IMG/VR virus record: IMGVR_UViG_3300025000_000077
Span: 11,261 to 75,260 of that record
Strand: one strand, 5' to 3'
Length of the DNA: 64,000 nucleotides
From: a virus
Part shown: positions 1 to 9,175 of the stretch, piece by piece
Numbering within the stretch: the stretch's first letter is position 1
Layout of the letters: each line of letters opens with the position of its first letter
Made by a program: the position numbers and the translations under genes
Notes under the pieces: generated by a model
The model's database searches: none
Told to the model about the DNA's origin: nothing
Seen by the model: only the letters and a program-made list of their open reading frames with translations

Positions 1-1039
1 GTACATTATCCGAAACTAATAAATTCGCTGGAAATCTGCCTTCTGGGGATAATTCATACCCGCCTTTGAACGCGGGGGAGTTATCCCCGTAATCATTCTT
101 TGAAGCTCCGAAACCCGTACCAGCTTTAGGAATTGTTTCATCAGATTTATAGGGTATCCTACACTCATCAAGCCACAAACAACCATGCCCGTTATCTAAA
201 ACCTGATCTATATAGGATTTCGTTGATAATGGTTTCATCACACAGATTATAACCTCAACTGCGGGTTTAAGAGAAGCCGTATAAGCTCCTGAGAATTCGC
301 GGGCTTTGTCTGTGGCGGGGGCTGTATAATTAATATCAGTTTTTGAAAAAGTTCCAACCCCTGACAGATATCCGCCTCCATCAGCATAAGCATTTGTTTT
401 ATGTCTGGTGCTTAATATTTCCCGTTCTGCTTCTTCCCTTCTACGAATAGCGCGCTCAATTAATTCTATAAACCTCGGATTATTCAGTTTCAAAACATCT
501 TTTAAAACTACCCACTGCTCCATAGTTGGAATATTAGCACCGTTTTCCCAATTCCAAACACACCCCGTTAAACCACCCGTTTTGCTTGGGAAATACGTTG
601 CTATATCTTTTTGAGAAAGTCCTAATAATTCCCTTGAAGTTTTAAGATATTGACATAATTCTTTTGATAATTCAGAATATTTCGCGTTAGCTGTACCTCT
701 CTTGTCAATCAATTTATCAATAGCGGCAGACTTAGGAAATCCACTAGCAAAACTCCAAAAAATACTAGAAAAATTAACATTAAACCCCGCATCCTCAAGC
801 CGAATAATCATCCTACTAAGAACATCCTGTCTAGGGGCACACATAAAAAACCCAAATGCCCCCGGCTTCAATACCCTGCAACACTCTCTTAATGCCTCTT
901 CTGAGGGTAACGCTTTATCCCAAGAAAGCCCCATGAATGAATAGCCATAAGGAGGGTCCGTTACAATGCAGTCTATTGATTCATCAGGCAACTCTTTCAG
1001 GACGTCGGCGCAGTCGCCTATGATAACTTCGTTTTTCAC
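1..1039 (-). CDS. Amino (N6A/N4C) DNA methyltransferase with internal XRE-type HTH; runs off the left edge; not in the ORF track
   Basis: My translation from GTG at 1039: MKNEVIIGDCADVLKELPDESIDCIVTDPPY...RVLKPGA...GFPKS...LKPAVEVI...GRFPANLLVSD. Open to base 1. Confidence 0.9.
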   Translation of the reverse strand, partial: MKNEVIIGDCADVLKELPDESIDCIVTDPPYGYSFMGLSWDKALPSEEALRECCRVLKPGAFGFFMCAPRQDVLSRMIIRLEDAGFNVNFSSIFWSFASGFPKSAAIDKLIDKRGTANAKYSELSKELCQYLKTSRELLGLSQKDIATYFPSKTGGLTGCVWNWENGANIPTMEQWVVLKDVLKLNNPRFIELIERAIRRREEAEREILSTRHKTNAYADGGGYLSGVGTFSKTDINYTAPATDKAREFSGAYTASLKPAVEVIICVMKPLSTKSYIDQVLDNGHGCLWLDECRIPYKSDETIPKAGTGFGASKNDYGDNSPAFKGGYELSPEGRFPANLLVSDNV

Positions 1040-2451
1040 TGAATCGCCTCAAAGAACTTCTTCCAGTGTCCCTCTAGTTCCCCTCGCAGTTCTTCCTCGA
1101 TTTCTTCTCTTGTTTGGAGCAACTGATTAGATTTGATGTCCTCTTTTATTTCATCCTCTGTTTGAACTTCATCTTTAGGTGCTTCCTCTTCGGCTGGCTC
1201 GTTTTCCTGCTGGATACTTGTCTCAGACCACTCCTGCCCGGCTTTCATCAAAAATTTACTATCCGCATCTTCCAGCCCCCAAAATGTCCGAACCTCATTC
1301 ATACTTCCGACAACCGCGCCCTTCTCGGTATAGGCTTTTAGAATTTCAAGCCCCTTCTGGAAGTCCAATTCTTCATTCTTGAATTCCGGCTCAGGGAGTT
1401 TCAATTCAACGGAAAAACCTGAAAAACCGTTCCATTCTAAAATCCTGGTAAAATAAGGTATCCACGGTTTGAGCATCTGTTTTTGTAGTCCAATGATAGC
1501 ACTCTTGAATAAACTTGTCTCGCCAGCAGTCGACCCACCAATAAGAGTTCCATCCTTCGCGGTGAAGTCTTTTGAGAAAATAATACTCAGGATAAGTTTA
1601 GTGAGTTCGTTTATGGTATCAAGAGCAATCCCGGAAACAGGCCCGTCCAGTTCAATAGGCTCCATATCCGGGCCAATCGTAAAATAAGTATTTCTGTTAT
1701 AATTTTTGAGGATATTATTTGAATAATTCCAGTTCGAGGTTTTCCCATCCGACAGCATCCCGGGCTTATTGATCCTCATGAAAAGCACGTTAGCCCGGAG
1801 ATTCGCCTGCATGAGCCCATCCCAAGCCATGCCCATTTTTGGAATCAGCTTGTACACAGGAGTTAAAATAGGCACACCATCAACATTATAAGAATAGATA
1901 TGCGATTTAAAATGATGACAGGGTTCTATTTCAATCGTTCCGCCCTGCTGATCCTGCCAGTAATGGATAATACCATCGGCTTCACGGACAATCCCTCGTA
2001 GGATTTTTCCATAAACACTATCGGTTCCGTAATTTCCAGCCGTTCCAAAAGTTTCAGGTGGTAAATCTCTGATCTCAGTTACCTGGATTTTTCCATCTAC
2101 TTCTTCGATTGTATCTGAGAATATGAATGCAGGCCAGAATATCCGAGCATTAGCCGATTTATACAGGACGTCCTCGAATTCAATGTCCTGCAACATGATC
2201 CTGAACCACCCGGCTATATCTTCTCTGGAGTTTCCCCTCTGGTCCAGGATATTACAGATGAAAGGACCCTGAAAAATTAAATTTAAGATGTTGTTGGCTA
2301 CCATCACAGCATAAATATCAGATCTGTATTTGTTGATTTTTTCAACGTCGAGTTCTCCCACGTCCCACGGGTTGCCCCCGTCAAAATATGTTAGTATATA
2401 ATCTTGACCTGTGGCTTTAGATAATACAGGTTTAGCTCCGTTCTTAGTCAT
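1036..2451 (-). CDS. Portal protein
   Basis: 471 aa. C-terminal pattern (RILEWNGF...SMNEVRTFWGLE plus acidic tail) is typical of portals. Adjacent to head genes. Confidence 0.75.
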   Translation of the reverse strand: MTKNGAKPVLSKATGQDYILTYFDGGNPWDVGELDVEKINKYRSDIYAVMVANNILNLIFQGPFICNILDQRGNSREDIAGWFRIMLQDIEFEDVLYKSANARIFWPAFIFSDTIEEVDGKIQVTEIRDLPPETFGTAGNYGTDSVYGKILRGIVREADGIIHYWQDQQGGTIEIEPCHHFKSHIYSYNVDGVPILTPVYKLIPKMGMAWDGLMQANLRANVLFMRINKPGMLSDGKTSNWNYSNNILKNYNRNTYFTIGPDMEPIELDGPVSGIALDTINELTKLILSIIFSKDFTAKDGTLIGGSTAGETSLFKSAIIGLQKQMLKPWIPYFTRILEWNGFSGFSVELKLPEPEFKNEELDFQKGLEILKAYTEKGAVVGSMNEVRTFWGLEDADSKFLMKAGQEWSETSIQQENEPAEEEAPKDEVQTEDEIKEDIKSNQLLQTREEIEEELRGELEGHWKKFFEAIQ

Positions 2452-2624
2452 ATGTATAAAATACGGTGAGCTAATATAAAAAAGATTTTAGAAAAGTAAT
2501 CACATAGCGGAGCTTTACATCTCTTTAAAGTAATTCGTATAATCAAATAAATATAATGTTACGAAGTAACACGAATCTAAACACAACAGCCAAAACTTAA
2601 TATATCTGTACGACTTATATTTTA
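2452..2624. promoter_or_regulatory. Divergent promoter region (portal versus head operon)
   Basis: TATA-like TTTTTATATT (minus, ~2473-2482) and TTAATATA (plus, ~2597-2604), each ~25 nt before an ATG, suggesting leaderless transcripts. Imperfect inverted repeat TTCGTA...TACGAA between them. Confidence 0.55.
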
Positions 2625-3686
2625 ATGCGCGAATTTTTTACAGAACGGAGCTACCCTTTGAAAAACGTTCATGAAGCTATCTTGGAACGCCTAGACTGGA
2701 CTCAAAAAAAGGATGGGTTTACACATTACTATCCAGTTTCCGAGTTCCAAAAGGCACTCCCCACTTTTGAAAATATTCCCGTTATTTATGCCGCGCGCCA
2801 TCCTCCTCTTGGAGTCCGAGGAAAGAACCTCGAAGATGTGCTGAGAGAAGTCGACGGCACGCTCGCGGGATACACGGAAAACGTTTTAATTAATTCTGCA
2901 GGCTCTCCGAAGTTAAAAGCTCTGTTACAAATTACTAACGAAGATGTTGAAGCCAGAATCCAGGCTGGAAAAATCTCAATATCTCCCTCTTTTTCTCACA
3001 ATCAAATTTTAAACGGTCCCCTTGAAAACATCACCGGTGACCACGTTTTACTTTATGATAGTGATCTTGGTATCCCTCAGGGAGATGCCACCGCTATCAT
3101 TTGCAATCAAGATTCCACGAATTTCACTCTAAATCATGGAATAGGCTATTTTGAAGGAGTCAATATGACAGGCGAAATAAAAACAATCGACATGGACCTC
3201 TACAACGACCTCCTAAGCCTGAAAAATAATCAGGCGGTCATAGTAGACAATGAAAAAACTATCCTGAAGCTCAATCAGGATCTCGAAAAGAAGGACGATT
3301 CCATCCTGAAACTTAATCAGGATCTCACCGCAGAAAAGGAAACAGTCCTCAAACTGAATCAGGCACTTGAAGAAACCAAAAAGCAGGTTTCCGCGCTTGA
3401 AACTCAGATCAAGGAAGACGCTGAAAAAGTCTTCAAACAGAATCAAGATTCTTTTTGGACTGAATTGCCAGAGGGCATTAAAGATCAGTTCAAAGAAAGG
3501 AAGGAAGAACTGTATTCGGTTACCACTGCCCTGAAACTCAACCAGGATATTAATAAATCTCTCCTGAAAATGGAAAAGCCTGACCTACACAAGGCAACCG
3601 GCGAACAGGCAACCCCCGACATGAAACAGAATCAGGATACCAAAGAAGCTGAAGAAGCGTGGGATGCCACAGAGGAGCGGATCTAA
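2625..3686 (+). CDS. Capsid maturation protease-scaffold fusion (alternative start TTG 2658)
   Basis: N-terminal HPP...SISPSF...DHVLL domain. C-terminal coiled coil with repeated LKLNQ. Lies before the decoration and capsid genes. Confidence 0.7.
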   Translation: MREFFTERSYPLKNVHEAILERLDWTQKKDGFTHYYPVSEFQKALPTFENIPVIYAARHPPLGVRGKNLEDVLREVDGTLAGYTENVLINSAGSPKLKALLQITNEDVEARIQAGKISISPSFSHNQILNGPLENITGDHVLLYDSDLGIPQGDATAIICNQDSTNFTLNHGIGYFEGVNMTGEIKTIDMDLYNDLLSLKNNQAVIVDNEKTILKLNQDLEKKDDSILKLNQDLTAEKETVLKLNQALEETKKQVSALETQIKEDAEKVFKQNQDSFWTELPEGIKDQFKERKEELYSVTTALKLNQDINKSLLKMEKPDLHKATGEQATPDMKQNQDTKEAEEAWDATEERI

Positions 3687-4309
3687 TGACCACTTGTGCA
3701 GCAGCAGACTTCACTAAAGTAGGCGGTGTAACCCGCACTTGCTGGCTAGACGAAGGTGCAATTACTGTAGGCACAGGCTACGGGCTAGGTGGTGGCTCCG
3801 GTCCAGTAAGAACATTCGCGGCTGAAATTACACAGGGGATGGTCGTCGTTGTTTCTGTCGATGTGGCTAACACGTGGGCCAATACCAACGGGAATATCCT
3901 CGTAACAAGAATCGCAAACTCTGATGATCTTGTATGGGGGGTTGTGGTCTCTGAACCATCAGAAGGCGATATGGAAAACAGACCTGCAATATCAGGAGAT
4001 GCTGATACCATCGCTAAGAGACTCGCAGGTAAATTCCTGAGAGCTGCTACAGTTTGGTTCCCGAATGTCACAGCCATGACGAAAGCGACTCTCGTAACCG
4101 CAAACGCCGGAAATGTAACACCCGGAACTCTTGAAATCCTCAAACTCGATGTATCTCAATGTATTGCGGGGGCCGGTATTTTTGTTAACGATCTTGCGAA
4201 CTCTGGCTCAAAAACCATCTGTTCTATGCATTACCAGGCTAAGGCATCCGGGGTAACTGTACCTATCATGCTCGCAATGCTCGGGGGAACCACAGCAGCA
4301 CAGACTTAA
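3686..4309 (+). CDS. Head decoration/cement protein
   Basis: Gly/Ala/Thr-rich beta protein between scaffold and MCP. ATG overlaps the upstream TAA. Confidence 0.55.
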   Translation: MTTCAAADFTKVGGVTRTCWLDEGAITVGTGYGLGGGSGPVRTFAAEITQGMVVVVSVDVANTWANTNGNILVTRIANSDDLVWGVVVSEPSEGDMENRPAISGDADTIAKRLAGKFLRAATVWFPNVTAMTKATLVTANAGNVTPGTLEILKLDVSQCIAGAGIFVNDLANSGSKTICSMHYQAKASGVTVPIMLAMLGGTTAAQT

Positions 4310-4324
4310 CGGAGTTGATAAAAA

Positions 4325-5290
4325 ATGGGTGATCTTGCAGCACATCTTACAGGGCCAAATGCCCAATTTCTAAAGAAACCGTTCTTTGTTCAGAAAATGT
4401 TTGAACAAATGGACCCCTACCTCGCGTTTTCGGGCATGGTTCCGGCGATGGGCATCCAGTCCAGAGCGGTAATCGTAACAAAAGAATCCACAAGCAACGC
4501 CAATGATGCTAAGAAAGTTTGGCCTGCCCGCCTGACTGAATCCTCTGATTGGCCTAATATTTCCATTTCCCCGATGACTCAGGAAGGGGCAATGCTTCAG
4601 AAGTATGGTCTTGAGCTTCGCATTGGAGAAGACCTCCTGAAAATGCCCGAGGGTAAAATTCAGATATCCAGAGCTATACAGAGAACTGCTTTTTGGATGG
4701 CACAGTTCCGCAATGATAAGATAGCCTCTGATATGATAGCCGGTGGCACTGCTCTCGGTGGAGACTGGGCTCCTACTGCGGAATGGTCAGACAAAGACAA
4801 TTACACACCTCTTCAGGACCTCATCACATTCAAGCGATCCATGCGAACTGTAAACAAGCCATTCGCGTGTGATAACATCTATGTCAATTCTGAAAACTAT
4901 GATGAACTGGAACTCTGGCTCATTAATGTCAATGCCGATCTCGCAAAACGCCAGTTGATCGGGCAGACCACTGTAGGCGAAAACTCCGTTTTCATCCCTG
5001 CTCTGAAAGCTACGGTTCACAGAATCGACGAAGGCATCGCAGAAGGCGGGCTTCTCGGTCTTGATAGTATCAATCCGGCTGGTACATATTATTACTTCAA
5101 CGATCCAATGTACGGAACTAAGGAAGTCACCTACAAGACAAGGGACGGAATGAAAACCGTCAAGGGACTCGGTCTTAACGTTCATCAGTACTTTGATGAT
5201 AATAAGATGGAAGTCGTAAACAAACTGTGGTTCGACTTCAAGCTCGCGGTTGAAGATTCGGATGGCGCAATTACTGATACAGGGATTTAA
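4325..5290 (+). CDS. Major capsid protein (HK97 fold)
   Basis: 321 aa; position; HK97-like elements (QKYGLELRI, IYVNSENYDEL, C-terminal GAITDTGI). Confidence 0.8.
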   Translation: MGDLAAHLTGPNAQFLKKPFFVQKMFEQMDPYLAFSGMVPAMGIQSRAVIVTKESTSNANDAKKVWPARLTESSDWPNISISPMTQEGAMLQKYGLELRIGEDLLKMPEGKIQISRAIQRTAFWMAQFRNDKIASDMIAGGTALGGDWAPTAEWSDKDNYTPLQDLITFKRSMRTVNKPFACDNIYVNSENYDELELWLINVNADLAKRQLIGQTTVGENSVFIPALKATVHRIDEGIAEGGLLGLDSINPAGTYYYFNDPMYGTKEVTYKTRDGMKTVKGLGLNVHQYFDDNKMEVVNKLWFDFKLAVEDSDGAITDTGI

Positions 5291-5299
5291 GGAGGCGGC

Positions 5300-5803
5300 A
5301 TGACTTTCACAGCCCCTTCCCCTAATTTTTTGAAAAACGGACTCGGCACAGACTCCTCAGTACTTTCAGGCGAATTTGTCAAAATTGATACCGAACTTGA
5401 TTCGCTGGCAGCAGTGGACGCCGCCGGCCTGAAAATAGCAAAAGGCAACCTCGCCGCAGGAAACGCAGACGCTTACGCTTTCGCGTGGCAGAACCCCGAA
5501 GCCTCGAAAATTTTAGTTACCAGAGTCCTCATTTATTTAACCACCGCAGGAGGCACGGGATCTTCGGTTCTCGATGTAGGTCCAGTAGCCAACGCAACTA
5601 GCACCGCGGATACTCTCATCAATGGCCTAGACCTCAATACAACCGGAATTTTCGACAATATCACAGACAAAGGTACAAATGGGAAATCACGTCAGATCGT
5701 AGACGAAAACGGTGGAGCGAGTGATTATATAACCGGAAAGATTCTAACACAGAACGCAGCTGCTCTCGCCGGGAAATATTATATTTTCTACACGGTGATC
5801 TGA
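5300..5803 (+). CDS. Minor virion structural protein
   Basis: Directly after MCP, GGAGG RBS, beta-rich composition. Confidence 0.5.
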   Translation: MTFTAPSPNFLKNGLGTDSSVLSGEFVKIDTELDSLAAVDAAGLKIAKGNLAAGNADAYAFAWQNPEASKILVTRVLIYLTTAGGTGSSVLDVGPVANATSTADTLINGLDLNTTGIFDNITDKGTNGKSRQIVDENGGASDYITGKILTQNAAALAGKYYIFYTVI

Positions 5804-6150
5804 TGCGGATAATTGTTCCGGGTAATTATTATTCTCTCGATTCAGCACAAAAAAAGATCTGGCTGGATTATTCCTATTACGGATTAACAGTTGAAAACAT
5901 CGAGGTTATCAAAAACCTAACCCGGAACAAAATAATTTACACTAATCAGAGGTCAACTCCTCTAATATCGCTTTCTAACGGATGTATTACATACACATGG
6001 GATGGTTATTCAGAGGACTCTGACAAATTACAGATCGTTCTCAGGACTCATATAGTCTCTCTTGATACTCTTTCTTATTTTCCTCTTTTAGACTCAAACG
6101 GGGCTTATATGCTAGATTCCGAAGGTAAAATATTTGAGGTTCCCGCATGA
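5803..6150 (+). CDS. Virion protein, paralogous to the C-terminal domain of 12975..13625
   Basis: IVPGNYYSLD...LTVENIEVIKNLTRNKIIY matches VIPRGYYALD...LTVEQILRIKDLTTNYIIY. Confidence 0.55.
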   Translation: MRIIVPGNYYSLDSAQKKIWLDYSYYGLTVENIEVIKNLTRNKIIYTNQRSTPLISLSNGCITYTWDGYSEDSDKLQIVLRTHIVSLDTLSYFPLLDSNGAYMLDSEGKIFEVPA

Positions 6151-6473
6151 CACAACCAGTTAGATTATCCCAGCCGGGAGCGGCAATTGATTTACTTCTC
6201 ACAAAATTACATAATTTAGATCCCCTGTTATTTGCAAATACAACAGGTGTCGGAGTAGGCACTGAAACACCGGCAGCAACTGCAATTTTAGAAATACTCT
6301 CAACTACACAGGGTTTTTTGCCTCCACGGATGACAACCACACAGAGATCTGCGATAACATCCCCGGCAACGGGGCTGTTAGTATACAACACGACTACAAA
6401 ATCTTTAGAAATGTACGACGGGACAGCATGGGACTCATATTTGGCTAATGTCGTTGACGGGGGTACACCCTAA
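6147..6473 (+). CDS. Fibre-associated small protein
   Basis: GFLPPRMTTTQR...PATGLLVYNTT...YDGTAW motif, common in fibre-like proteins. Confidence 0.55.
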   Translation: MTQPVRLSQPGAAIDLLLTKLHNLDPLLFANTTGVGVGTETPAATAILEILSTTQGFLPPRMTTTQRSAITSPATGLLVYNTTTKSLEMYDGTAWDSYLANVVDGGTP

Positions 6474-9175
6474 TGCCTGCAAATGTAACAATCAAAACAA
6501 GACGAGGAACTGCCGCCGAATGGGGGGCAACTAATCCCGTTCTGGCTGCGGGGGAATTTGGTTATGAGACCGACACCCATACCCTGAAAATAGGTGATGG
6601 TGTAACAGCTTTCAGATCCCTCCTGTCCCACGTCGCCGAGGTTTCTCCGTGGTGGGATTCTGCACCAATGCCCATTAATAGCGGCGTTATAACACTTTCA
6701 ACAGATGGAAAAGTATTAGTCATGCCTACTGAAAGCGCGGCTGTACTCCCCTCTTATAACGAATACTGCAATACGAGGGCATCCTATTACGAATCTGCAA
6801 ATACAGTAGAAGAAATTGATAACGATACATTCGATTTTTCCGGCAATATCATCAGAACAAGCCCGACTAATATTATGCTAATCTCTCGGCAGGGCACGCA
6901 GGAAACCGGTTCAAAAGGCTTCTTGTTCTCACAAAATTATAATCTCTCAACCGGGGAATGGGGAGCACGTCAGACTGTCTATGATGATCCTGATCATATA
7001 GATGCAAGAAATTCAGTCAGTGGAATTATTGGAGATAATATATATTTATTTTTCTCGCGGAATAAATATTCTCCATCCGTTAGAGCAAGTGGGATTACGG
7101 ATGAATCTGGATATTTCTTAGTTCAAAAATATACATCATTCAGTCTCGTAGGGCAAACAAGCGTAGATCTGCTCGTACGTTCTACAATAGATTGTAATGT
7201 CCATGTTCAACTCAGAAACACAGATACCGAATACATCGGTTGGAGTGGTGTAGCTCATCCAATCATGGGCAGCCTGTATGCTAGGTTATCATTGCCAATC
7301 GCAACCCCAACGAGTGTTTCTGATAATTTTGATCCAGCGACCGTAGTTAGAATCATAGTCGGTGTTGATGGCGCAGCAGCGAGTACAGCTATCCTATTTG
7401 ATTTCGATGAAATCAGGTTGGTAAATGGAACGACAACAACCGTAATTGATGATTGCAGCGCGGTAACTGGCTGGGAAGGGAATCTAGGCTCTGGATATGA
7501 ATTCTCCCTCGTCTCAAACCAATGGATTGATACCGGTTACATAAAATCGACTGATCTCACCGGGGAATCATGGGGAGACTATACACTGTTTCCATCACCC
7601 GGGCTCAATGCATTTTCACAGCATGGGCATCTGGTCCAGATAGATGCTTCAACTTATCTACTTCCGTTTTACGGTTCCTGGCAGGCCCCATTCAAAACAG
7701 GATACTATAAAACAACAGACGGTGGGGACACATGGGCGGTAAGCTGGATCTATTCAGGTGCAACTCAGTACTGTGAATCCTCGATAGAATATCTAGGCAA
7801 TGGCAAACTAATTGTAATTGCCAGGAATGAAACGACTTATAGAATGGGGCAGGCAACCAGTGAGGATTCCGGTGCAACGTGGACAGCAATGGCAGATACC
7901 AACCTGGGAATAGCTACGGGTGTAAAAATACCCCACACCTCTTATGATTCAGAGACAGATTCAATTACCTGCATATATACAGACAGGGGCGATTACGGGC
8001 TTAAGATCTCAACATCCTACGTTGACGATGTCTTTAGCACTCCCACCGGATGGGCTGCAAGTACATTAATTGACGAGGGTGTGATCTATGGTTATGCTTC
8101 ACTTTTAAAAATCTACTCTGATTTATACTTCTATATATATTCTTTTGCTGAGTCCGAAAGCCATCAGTATCTCTTGAGTAGTTTTTATCATGTGCCTGCA
8201 ATAAAACTAACAAAGACATTGCCATACATGGCGAAGCCTTGGTTGGCTCTTTATAACCCCACTGCCTCGATAATTGATTTCTATCTATTTTCCCACCTGC
8301 CCACTGATATCTCATTTACGAGAGACGCAGCAGGGACAGTCACCGAGCTTTCTATTACTCCCGGTCTGGGTGAGGTGCGTCATGGACAGATTACGTATGT
8401 GGGATTGACTACAGATACTAACTCAAACCTGATCCCGGATTGCCTTGAAGCGAATGTCACCGGATCAGTTCCAAAATATTTAGAAAATTATACAATGTCA
8501 GGGGAATATGGTATCCTTTCAGTCTATTCCTCTGAATCGGTTGCAGCTTCCACGACTACAAGCTCTACGTATCAGGATATAAGAGGTTCATCATATGCTA
8601 ATATATATATCCGAAATGCTACCAGCACAAACTTAACCGTTAATGTTTATGGTTCTCCTGATTCAGCAGGCATTTTAAAGGCACTTATTGGTACTACCAC
8701 ACTAAATGCAACCACGTCAACACAGGACGAAATAGAACTTGATAACTGTCCAAATTATCTATTCTTTGATTTGGTAAACAGTGACTCTGTAAACGCTGCC
8801 ACAGTTGATATCTCCATACAGAGATCAGTAACTACTGATGTAGTCGGACCATATGCCGATGTCCTCACAGTCTATTCTTCTGAATCGGTTGCAGCCTCCA
8901 CCACCACAAGTTCCACCGGTCAGGACGTCAGAGGCGCGTCTTTTGTAATTCCGTATGTTAAAAATGCTACAAGTACCGATCTAACAGTAAATATTTATGG
9001 GAGTTATGATTTAGCCGGAACGATAAAATCTCTAGTCCGTTCGTATGCTCTGAATACGACAACAACGCAAGCAGGATCTCCATTGACGAATTGTCCAAAT
9101 TATCTATTCTTTGATTTGGTAAATGGCGATTCTTCAAACGCCGCTACTGTAGATGTTTCAGTTCAGAGGGGTTGA
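6473..9175 (+). CDS. Fibre/spike protein: Mtd_N-like N-terminus, Asp-box (BNR) sialidase-like propeller, duplicated C-terminal domain
   Basis: RRGTAAEWGATNPVLAAGEFGYETDT...KIGDG; Asp boxes TTDGGDTW, SEDSGATW, STDLTGESW. Confidence 0.7.
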   Translation: MPANVTIKTRRGTAAEWGATNPVLAAGEFGYETDTHTLKIGDGVTAFRSLLSHVAEVSPWWDSAPMPINSGVITLSTDGKVLVMPTESAAVLPSYNEYCNTRASYYESANTVEEIDNDTFDFSGNIIRTSPTNIMLISRQGTQETGSKGFLFSQNYNLSTGEWGARQTVYDDPDHIDARNSVSGIIGDNIYLFFSRNKYSPSVRASGITDESGYFLVQKYTSFSLVGQTSVDLLVRSTIDCNVHVQLRNTDTEYIGWSGVAHPIMGSLYARLSLPIATPTSVSDNFDPATVVRIIVGVDGAAASTAILFDFDEIRLVNGTTTTVIDDCSAVTGWEGNLGSGYEFSLVSNQWIDTGYIKSTDLTGESWGDYTLFPSPGLNAFSQHGHLVQIDASTYLLPFYGSWQAPFKTGYYKTTDGGDTWAVSWIYSGATQYCESSIEYLGNGKLIVIARNETTYRMGQATSEDSGATWTAMADTNLGIATGVKIPHTSYDSETDSITCIYTDRGDYGLKISTSYVDDVFSTPTGWAASTLIDEGVIYGYASLLKIYSDLYFYIYSFAESESHQYLLSSFYHVPAIKLTKTLPYMAKPWLALYNPTASIIDFYLFSHLPTDISFTRDAAGTVTELSITPGLGEVRHGQITYVGLTTDTNSNLIPDCLEANVTGSVPKYLENYTMSGEYGILSVYSSESVAASTTTSSTYQDIRGSSYANIYIRNATSTNLTVNVYGSPDSAGILKALIGTTTLNATTSTQDEIELDNCPNYLFFDLVNSDSVNAATVDISIQRSVTTDVVGPYADVLTVYSSESVAASTTTSSTGQDVRGASFVIPYVKNATSTDLTVNIYGSYDLAGTIKSLVRSYALNTTTTQAGSPLTNCPNYLFFDLVNGDSSNAATVDVSVQRG
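8513..9169 (+). repeat. Tandem duplication of a ~100-aa domain within the fibre gene
   Basis: Two copies beginning VYSSESVAASTTTSST and containing NCPNYLFFDLVN, with shared nucleotide blocks. Confidence 0.9.

Noticed and set aside
6473-9175. Diversity-generating retroelement, suggested by the Mtd_N-like domain and C-terminal repeat pair
   Set aside because: No reverse transcriptase in the window; both repeats are coding, and differences are not confined to adenines.
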